IMG/VR virus record: IMGVR_UViG_3300037504_000227
Location: 11,201 to 75,200 of that record
Source of the DNA: a virus
Lineage: Duplodnaviria > Heunggongvirae > Uroviricota > Caudoviricetes
Length of the DNA: 64,000 nucleotides
Reading direction: 5' to 3' (one strand)
Both the position numbers and the translations under genes were made by a program. Each line of letters opens with the position of its first letter. The first letter of the stretch is position 1. The notes beneath the pieces were generated by a model. That model searched no databases and had not been told where the DNA came from. It saw nothing but the letters and a program-made list of their open reading frames with translations. Positions 58,350 through 64,000 of the stretch are shown here, in pieces.

Positions 58350-59663
58350 CTATTCCTCCCTGTCCGCCTTGATGCTCTTAACGGTCTTCTTGTCGTACTC
58401 AGCGTACAGACCAGGGTTCTGGCTTAGAACCTTCTCAAGAGCGGTCACTTCATCTTCCCCAAACTTCTCCACGCGCTCGCTAACCAGGGCATCAATCTTG
58501 CTTTCCACACCCTCGTTAACCCCACTGTGTCCGCGCTCACCGAAAAGCTCACTTTCGTCAATCTGATTGCTCAGGGCAACCAATGTGGTGTGAATCTTCT
58601 CGTATGCCTCTTCGTCCTCGTCGTGCAGCTTCATAAGCGCAGGTGCCACATCATCAGCCTCAAGATTCTTAATCTCTTTTAGCCCATCTGTGAACTCAAC
58701 CAGTCGCTTCTCGCGCTCGATCTCGGACAGTTGGGTTAGCGCCTCTTTCTTCTCTGAACGCTCAGCCTCTAGAGCATCATTAGCCTCCTGAAGCTGCTCG
58801 GACAGATTAGTGATTTGAGCGCTCTGCTCATTCAGTTTGCCTTCCAACTCTGCAAACTTTTCTTCCAACTCACTCATATCGTCCTCCATATCCTCCGTGT
58901 CATTATCCATTCCGAACTCATCTTCTGGCAGGCTGAACGTGTCATTGAACCAGCCCTTGAGCTTTTCAAATACAGACTTCGCAATTTGCTCTTCGTCTAC
59001 CTCAGCCTCTTCAATGACCCAGCCATCCTCGTCTGAGAAAAATGCTGTGTCTCTACCAAGCCGAGGTCGTGGCGTAAACGCAATGCCCATTGCAACATTG
59101 TTGTACATATTGCCGTCGTTGGCCTGATAGTCGCGGAACCAAATCTCAGGAGATGTGTAACGATACCCCTTATCCTTAATCTCTTCGTCTTTCCCATCTC
59201 GGAAACTTGGACGCCACTGAACCTCTGTATCAGTCGCCCTCAGATCAGCGATGTTGCCATAAATGCCTGCTGAATCTCGGTGCAATACGTTGATTGGCAG
59301 GTCGTAGCCAGGAACATCGTGCTCTTTGAAGTTGGCTACCATCTCTTGGGCATCGCTAGGCGTAAGCTCGTGACTCTTGCCGTGATGATAAACTTCGCGT
59401 CCGATGGGGAAGTAGAAATACCATCCATCTTCGCGTTCGGAAAAAGGGACAATAAACTTAAGATCGTCACTCATCTTCTTCACCCATTTACCGTCCTTCT
59501 TGACATAGTTCTTCTTGATCACTCCCCAGGCAAGCGTAAAGGCATCCGATTCATCTTTCCCGTCCCGCAAGGCTTTGTTGACAACAGCCAAAAATTGTTT
59601 CTGCGCTGACTCGGGCAGACCCTTTACTCTGTCTGGGAGTTCACTTACACTATCATATGGCAT
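58350..59663 (-). CDS. putative head maturation protease/scaffolding protein with ChaB-like N-terminus
   Basis: N-terminal PYDSVSELPDRVKGLPESAQKQF; C-terminal acidic coiled coil. Confidence 0.45.
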   Translation of the reverse strand: MPYDSVSELPDRVKGLPESAQKQFLAVVNKALRDGKDESDAFTLAWGVIKKNYVKKDGKWVKKMSDDLKFIVPFSEREDGWYFYFPIGREVYHHGKSHELTPSDAQEMVANFKEHDVPGYDLPINVLHRDSAGIYGNIADLRATDTEVQWRPSFRDGKDEEIKDKGYRYTSPEIWFRDYQANDGNMYNNVAMGIAFTPRPRLGRDTAFFSDEDGWVIEEAEVDEEQIAKSVFEKLKGWFNDTFSLPEDEFGMDNDTEDMEDDMSELEEKFAELEGKLNEQSAQITNLSEQLQEANDALEAERSEKKEALTQLSEIEREKRLVEFTDGLKEIKNLEADDVAPALMKLHDEDEEAYEKIHTTLVALSNQIDESELFGERGHSGVNEGVESKIDALVSERVEKFGEDEVTALEKVLSQNPGLYAEYDKKTVKSIKADREE

Positions 59664-59743
59664 GCAGTCCCTCCGACAATTCTATCATCTGTGTCTATTT
59701 TATTGCGTGATGGAAGGTGGTACAAGGTTGCAATCTGAGATAG

Positions 59744-59778
59744 CTTTAAGTTCGGTTTTGGACGCTTTGTGGTATAAT
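59744..59778 (+). promoter_or_regulatory. phage promoter CTTTAAGTT-N16-GTGGTATAAT driving a near-leaderless mRNA
   Basis: TATAATAGGGTCACGATG: ATG 9 nt after -10. Confidence 0.55.
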
Positions 59779-59787
59779 AGGGTCACG

Positions 59788-60708
59788 ATGAAAAACACGC
59801 GAGCCGACCTAGCGAAGTTACAGAGCAAGACTCTTGATGAGAAAATCGAGATGTCTGTTGCCCTGATAGAAACGTGGCTTGATGTATTTGATGGTAAAGC
59901 ATTTGTGTCTTTTTCTGGCGGCTTAGACTCAACTGTTCTGTTGCATTTGGCTAGAACTGTTTATCCACATATACCAGGAGTTTGTGCAGATGCATTGCTG
60001 TACCCAGAGATCAAGCAATTTGTCGCGTCTACAAGTAATACGCACTTTGTAAAACCAAGGAAGAGCTTCTATCGTGTTACACAAGAATACGGATACCCTG
60101 TTGTTAGCAGGCGTGTTGCCACTGGAATAGACAGATGTTATTCTGGTGACGAAACGCAGATTAGGCTGAGGCTTCATGGTGGAATAAACCCAACATCTGG
60201 CAAAAAGCAACGACAGGATGTTCCAAGGAAGTGGCATTATTTACTGGATGCACCATTTAAGGTGTCTGACAAATGCTGTTACTGGCTAAAGAAAGCACCG
60301 TTGAGACGGGCCTATAAAGACTTTGGCGCTCCAATGATTGGGACTAGGGCATCAGAAGGAATGATGCGCACTAGGTTATGGTTGAAGTATGGATGTAGTA
60401 TATACAAATCTTCCGAGCCGAAATCAGCACCGTTGTCGTTTTGGACAGATCTGGACATCCGAGAATACATTAGGCAGGTTAATATTCCTTATTGTGAAAT
60501 TTATGATATGGGATACAAGCGCACTGGATGTTTTGCTTGTATGTTCGGCGTTCACATGGAAAATATTCCGAATCGCTTTCAGCGGATGCAGGAAACGCAT
60601 CCAAAACTATGGAGGGCTTGTCAGAAATGGGGCATACCAGAGGTTCTTGATTACATCAACGTCCCGTATGGAAAATATTATAAGCAAATGGAGCTTGATC
60701 TAGGTTAA
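59788..60708 (+). CDS. PAPS reductase-family PP-loop protein (DndC/CysH-like)
   Basis: PP-loop SFSGGLDSTVLLHLA; C-terminal Cys cluster. Confidence 0.65.
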   Translation: MKNTRADLAKLQSKTLDEKIEMSVALIETWLDVFDGKAFVSFSGGLDSTVLLHLARTVYPHIPGVCADALLYPEIKQFVASTSNTHFVKPRKSFYRVTQEYGYPVVSRRVATGIDRCYSGDETQIRLRLHGGINPTSGKKQRQDVPRKWHYLLDAPFKVSDKCCYWLKKAPLRRAYKDFGAPMIGTRASEGMMRTRLWLKYGCSIYKSSEPKSAPLSFWTDLDIREYIRQVNIPYCEIYDMGYKRTGCFACMFGVHMENIPNRFQRMQETHPKLWRACQKWGIPEVLDYINVPYGKYYKQMELDLG

Positions 60709-60713
60709 AGTTA

Positions 60714-60971
60714 ATGATGCATCAACTGAAACACTGGAAAGAGGCAATGGAACACAAGAAAGAACAGGATCTCGCAAGGTTGCAGAGAGAGATGTTGAAG
60801 CGCGCCAATGATAACTTTAATGCCCGAACTAGGGAGCTTTGGCAGCTTCAGAGAGCGCTGTATGTTCTCCGGGATCAGGGAAGGCTGAAAATCACAGGTA
60901 ATACAGAGGAGCGAGTGGTTGTGGAAAAAGCAATTGGTGAGTGCAGAAAGCGCGTGAAGGAGGTAAGATGA
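60714..60971 (+). CDS. hypothetical coiled-coil protein
   Basis: ORF. Confidence 0.35.
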   Translation: MMHQLKHWKEAMEHKKEQDLARLQREMLKRANDNFNARTRELWQLQRALYVLRDQGRLKITGNTEERVVVEKAIGECRKRVKEVR

Positions 60972-61240
60972 ACTTGAATAACGCTACAGAATCATCGTTA
61001 ACTGAACTCCATAAGGTCACAGACGAAATGGGCATGTATGGAGTAGATGTAGATCTTTTGGAGGCTGTTGTTCGAGACGCTGTTCATGCCGGATGGGTAG
61101 CTGGCATACTCAACGAGGAAGTGTGCATACGATGTGAGTCGTATCCAGCAATGCCTGGGTCTTGCTACTGTGAATACTGCATGGACGCTGAGCGAATGGC
61201 TTGGGAGGATGACGAGGAATGGGTAGAGTGGTCGGTTTGA
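60968..61240 (+). CDS. hypothetical Cys-rich protein
   Basis: CIRCESYPAMPGSCYCEYC. Confidence 0.35.
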   Translation: MNLNNATESSLTELHKVTDEMGMYGVDVDLLEAVVRDAVHAGWVAGILNEEVCIRCESYPAMPGSCYCEYCMDAERMAWEDDEEWVEWSV

Positions 61241-61704
61241 AGCGCGACATTATCATAGGACTCAAGAACATTTGGCACTGGCTCCCTGTAATATGGCGTG
61301 ATAGGGATTGGGATAGATACTATATCATCGAGATTCTGGCACACAAGCTAGAGAAGATGGCAAAGTCTGCCAAGACAGAGTGGTACACGAGTCGTGGAGA
61401 AGAAGCCGCTGCAGAGATGGAGGATCTAGCATCGGCCTTGCGGAGGCTCCAAAAGGATCACTACGAACGATGGTATCTCGACAGACACGCAGAAAAATGG
61501 GGCGAGATCGAGATGCACACTGTCCCAATTGATGATGAGTGGTGTGAGGTTTTCGTTACTCGGGGCGGTGTGATCCCTGAGAACGAGGAACAGGAGCGAC
61601 AAGAGTTCCTTGAGGCTTACGCAAAAGCACGCAGGGATCAGGAACAAGACTTGAAGTTTGTTGGCGAGATGATCACGGAGAGGTTGCTATGGTGGTGGGA
61701 CTGA
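61219..61704 (+). CDS. hypothetical protein
   Basis: ORF. Confidence 0.4.
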   Translation: MGRVVGLKRDIIIGLKNIWHWLPVIWRDRDWDRYYIIEILAHKLEKMAKSAKTEWYTSRGEEAAAEMEDLASALRRLQKDHYERWYLDRHAEKWGEIEMHTVPIDDEWCEVFVTRGGVIPENEEQERQEFLEAYAKARRDQEQDLKFVGEMITERLLWWWD

Positions 61705-61895
61705 AGCCGGGAGACATTTTTCTTAAAGGATGGGCTTTCTTGACTGTAATCAGTATAGAGGATGGATTGATCACAGCCAAAGACGAGATAGGAGCGACTT
61801 GGACTTGGTCGTACGAAGAGAGATTTGAGAACCAGTTTTGTGGCGTGTTTATAGACGGGAAGCTCAACCTCGTGATTGGTTCAGAGCTTTGGTAG
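61689..61895 (+). CDS. hypothetical protein
   Basis: ORF. Confidence 0.35.
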   Translation: MVVGLKPGDIFLKGWAFLTVISIEDGLITAKDEIGATWTWSYEERFENQFCGVFIDGKLNLVIGSELW

Positions 61896-61900
61896 AATAC

Positions 61901-61929
61901 TTGACACGCCTGGCGAATTGTGGTATACT
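61901..61929 (+). promoter_or_regulatory. sigma70 promoter TTGACA-17-TATACT with extended TG, drives tRNA array
   Basis: near-consensus hexamers with TGTGG extension. Confidence 0.6.
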
Positions 61930-61940
61930 GTATCACGCGA

Positions 61941-62012
61941 GGGTCGGTAGTTTAATCGGTAAAACCTCCGTCTCCAACACGGAAGATGCTGACTCAGTTT
62001 CAGCCCGGCCTG
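61941..62012 (+). tRNA. tRNA-Trp(CCA)
   Basis: hand-folded cloverleaf, anticodon loop CTCCAAC; T-loop CTCAGTT non-canonical. Confidence 0.5.
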
Positions 62013-62017
62013 CCTAG

Positions 62018-62090
62018 AGGGGATTAGCTCAGGTGGAAGAGCGCTGGCTTTGGGAGTCAGAGGTCGCCAGATCATGGCTGGCATCCCCTA
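62018..62090 (+). tRNA. tRNA-Pro(TGG)
   Basis: acceptor AGGGGAT/ATCCCCT, D GCTC-AGGTGGAA-GAGC, loop TTTGGGA; T-loop ATCATGG. Confidence 0.55.
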
Positions 62091-62095
62091 TAAAC

Positions 62096-62168
62096 TGCTC
62101 CGTAGCTCAATTGGAGGAGCCGCCGCCTGTTAAGCGGAGGGTTGCTGGATCATAGCCAGTCGGAGCAG
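62096..62168 (+). tRNA. tRNA-Asn(GTT)
   Basis: acceptor TGCTCCG/CGGAGCA, loop CTGTTAA; T-loop ATCATAG. Confidence 0.55.
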
Positions 62169-62196
62169 CCTGAATAGAACCTTAACACTTGAACAA

Positions 62197-62268
62197 GCGT
62201 CTATAATTTAGTCGGTAGAATGCCTGCTTGCCATGCAGGCTGCGCGGGTTCAAGTCCCGCTAGACGCT
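62197..62268 (+). tRNA. tRNA-Gly(GCC)
   Basis: acceptor GCGTCTA/TAGACGC, loop TTGCCAT, canonical T-arm GCGGG-TTCAAGT-CCCGC. Confidence 0.6.
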
Positions 62269-62336
62269 CTTTGTCTGGGAGAGAAATGTCGGAGTTGCCG
62301 ACACTAAATGCATACCTGGACTCTCTCAGGCGCTAT

Positions 62337-62412
62337 TCCCGGATAGCCAAGTCTGGTAAGGCGCTGCTCTGATGAGGCAGTAATTGCGTGGGTTCAAATC
62401 CCACTCCGGGGA
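62337..62412 (+). tRNA. tRNA-Ile(GAT) (tentative)
   Basis: acceptor TCCCGGA/TCCGGGG, loop CTGATGA, T-arm GTGGG-TTCAAAT-CCCAC; 3-bp D stem, 7-nt variable loop. Confidence 0.4.
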
Positions 62413-62531
62413 CTCTCCGCGTGGGCTAATTGCCTTAAAGTCGCAGGGATGGCCTCCTGAGATGTGCGAGGTCGAGCGAGAGTGCTTTAGCGGGCATTTG
62501 AGCAAGACAGGCGACCGCACCGCGAGAACGA

Positions 62532-62604
62532 GGGCCTGTAGATCAGTCAGGAGATCACTTCTTTTGCAAAGAAGAGGACACCGGGGCGGAGCCGGTCAGG
62601 TCCA
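62532..62604 (+). tRNA. tRNA-Ala(TGC) (non-canonical T-loop)
   Basis: perfect 73-nt cloverleaf count, D GATC-AGTCAGGA-GATC, loop TTTGCAA; T-loop GGCGGAG lacks TPsiC. Confidence 0.4.
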
Positions 62605-62710
62605 CTAAGGACATTTGGGTTCAATTCCCATTCAGATGCCCTAGGAGCATCTGAGCGCTTCTGTTCAGGCCAAATAGAAGCGTCAGTCTGGAATGACTGT
62701 GTCCGAGAAA

Positions 62711-62781
62711 TGCGAGGTAACTCAGAGGTAGAGTGCTGGTTTCATGTGCCAGAAGCCTCGGTTCAATTCCGAGCCTCGCTA
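62711..62781 (+). tRNA. tRNA-Met/Ile2(CAT) (tentative)
   Basis: loop TTCATGT, T-arm CTCGG-TTCAATT-CCGAG, 1-72 mismatch. Confidence 0.4.
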
Positions 62782-62784
62782 TAA

Positions 62785-62858
62785 GCGGGTGTGGTCTAGT
62801 GGTCGAGGATGCTTGCCTGTCAAGCAAGAGGACGTCGGTTCAAATCCGTCCACCCGCG
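62785..62858 (+). tRNA. tRNA-Asp(GTC)
   Basis: acceptor GCGGGTG/CACCCGC, anticodon stem CTTGC/GCAAG, loop CTGTCAA, T-loop TTCAAAT. Confidence 0.55.
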
Positions 62859-62863
62859 CCTAG

Positions 62864-62935
62864 AGGCGCTTTGTGTAGTGGCTATCACACAGGGCTTTGA
62901 CCCCTGGGACACTGGTTCAAATCCAGTAGCGCCTG
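62864..62935 (+). tRNA. tRNA-Gln(TTG)
   Basis: acceptor AGGCGCT/AGCGCCT, anticodon stem CAGGG/CCCTG, loop CTTTGAC, T-arm ACTGG-TTCAAAT-CCAGT. Confidence 0.55.
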
Positions 62936-62938
62936 TTT

Positions 62939-63012
62939 GCGCCCGTAGTGGAATCGGTTAACACGCCGGCCTCTCAAGTCGGAGATTGCGGGATCGTACC
63001 CCGCCGGGCGTA
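62939..63012 (+). tRNA. tRNA-Glu(CTC)
   Basis: acceptor GCGCCCG/CGGGCGT, loop CTCTCAA; T-loop ATCGTAC non-canonical. Confidence 0.5.
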
Positions 63013-63013
63013 C

Positions 63014-63071
63014 TGGGATGTGGCCTAACGGTATGGCGTGTAAGATTCAGGTTCAAGTCCTGGCATCCTAG
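63014..63071 (+). other. truncated tRNA-like element (acceptor + D-arm + T-arm, no anticodon arm)
   Basis: TGGGATG/CATCCTA acceptor pairing, T-arm TCAGG-TTCAAGT-CCTGG, only 58 nt. Confidence 0.35.
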
Positions 63072-63074
63072 CCT

Positions 63075-63095
63075 AGCGCGCCCAGCGCTTTCCTA
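63075..63095 (+). terminator. weak terminator hairpin AGCGC-gccca-GCGCT + TTCCT
   Basis: inverted repeat after last tRNA. Confidence 0.3.
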
Positions 63096-63122
63096 CGGTT
63101 TAAACAGACCAAGGAGGATCAA

Positions 63123-63776
63123 ATGTATCTCAATCGTTTCTCAGTCGTAATCCCTGAAGGTAGGGAAGTAGATGACGGATACGTGGAAATGTCCCACGGG
63201 CAGACCTACACAATCCGTCTGAAGAATAGTCGCAGTGTCCGATGCAACGCTAGGGTAGAGGTTGATGGCGAACACGTCGGCACGTTCAGGATCGGAGCGC
63301 ACAGCAACATCACGCTAGAACGTCCCTCTCACGACCACGGACAGTTCACCTTCTACAAGGCAGGGACGCAGGAAGCCCGGCAGGCTCAGCTTGATCGAGT
63401 CAGCGTTCACGACCTGGGGTTGGTTTCAGTGACGTTCACGCCAGAGAAGAGGGCGAAGCCTCTCAAGTGGCGACATGCATCCAACCATTCATATCCATCT
63501 GACCCGTGGTATGATCCCAGTGGAACAGCTCGTGGGCGGAGCGTGTCTTGCTACTACACCAACACCCTAGAGGGCAACATGCGGGGCATGACGAAAGGTG
63601 CTTCCGCAGGCGGCACTGGACTCTCTGGACACAGTGATCAGCAGTTCTATCAGGCAGACGCAATGACGCTGGACTACACACAAGCCACCAGCATCAACCT
63701 TCGCCTGGTTACGCGGGATAGTGGACCTCGACCTTTGACGCATCGGTCGAACCCAACTCCGCCGCCAGTATTGTAA
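63123..63776 (+). CDS. hypothetical protein
   Basis: AAGGAGG RBS, 217-aa ORF. Confidence 0.45.
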   Translation: MYLNRFSVVIPEGREVDDGYVEMSHGQTYTIRLKNSRSVRCNARVEVDGEHVGTFRIGAHSNITLERPSHDHGQFTFYKAGTQEARQAQLDRVSVHDLGLVSVTFTPEKRAKPLKWRHASNHSYPSDPWYDPSGTARGRSVSCYYTNTLEGNMRGMTKGASAGGTGLSGHSDQQFYQADAMTLDYTQATSINLRLVTRDSGPRPLTHRSNPTPPPVL

Positions 63777-63804
63777 GTTAATCTGCGCTGGGCGCGCATA
63801 AATC

Positions 63805-64000
63805 ATGACACATCAAATACACCTGTTCGCACCACCAGAAGAGATTGCTCTTTCGGATATTCAGGTTGTACGAACAACAAAGCACAAACGAATCGCTCAA
63901 CTTAACAAAAGGTGGCATAGCGTTCTGCCACACTGTCCACCAGGGATGAGAGCAGGGTTTATATTCTATGTCAACTTCTCTCCAATAGCTTGTGCAATGT
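63805..64000 (+). CDS. hypothetical protein (5' partial, runs off window)
   Basis: ORF open to window end. Confidence 0.3.
   Translation, partial: MTHQIHLFAPPEEIALSDIQVVRTTKHKRIAQLNKRWHSVLPHCPPGMRAGFIFYVNFSPIACAM

Noticed and set aside
62494-62641. GCATTTG...CAGATGC pairing suggested a ~150-nt giant tRNA enclosing tRNA-Ala
   Set aside because: The 3' strand is better explained by a local perfect hairpin (CAGATGC-cctagga-GCATCTG) at 62624-62650, and tRNA-Ala folds independently inside.

Overview
This 64-kb window appears to be a slice of a large tailed dsDNA phage genome (about 50% GC), chromosomal or integrated. The window contains no terminase or portal gene, and the full genome is probably larger than 64 kb.

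Layout by coordinate:
- 1-20.8 kb, + strand: small ORFs, an FtsK-like ATPase, a tyrosine integrase, a Ro60/TROVE gene preceded by two tRNA-like ncRNAs, and SSB.
- Still in 1-20.8 kb: a replication initiator with internal iterons, DnaB, ThyX and a Rad52-like annealing protein.
- 20.7-31.2 kb, - strand: tail module with tape measure, a G/GT chaperone pair with an A8 slippery site, and a putative major tail protein split by a ~247-nt group I intron next to an HNH gene.
- 31.5-36.2 kb, + strand: SPFH protein, RNA-ligase-like protein and a DEDD exonuclease.
- 36.2-51.5 kb, - strand: a ~15-kb glycan-modification island (glycosyltransferases, SDR epimerases, methyltransferases, sulfotransferase) interrupted by six unknown ORFs.
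- 51.5-61.9 kb: N6-adenine DNA methyltransferase, PAPS-reductase-like protein, a second HNH, and a lambda-like head module (protease/scaffold, decoration, major capsid).
- 61.9-63.1 kb: an array of 10 closely packed tRNAs.

A conserved promoter motif, CTTTAAGGT-N16-GTGGTATAAT, recurs at least six times, twice directly abutting start codons.

Limits: all protein calls rest on motifs recognised by eye in the six-frame translations. Nothing here was checked against a database or with a folding program.
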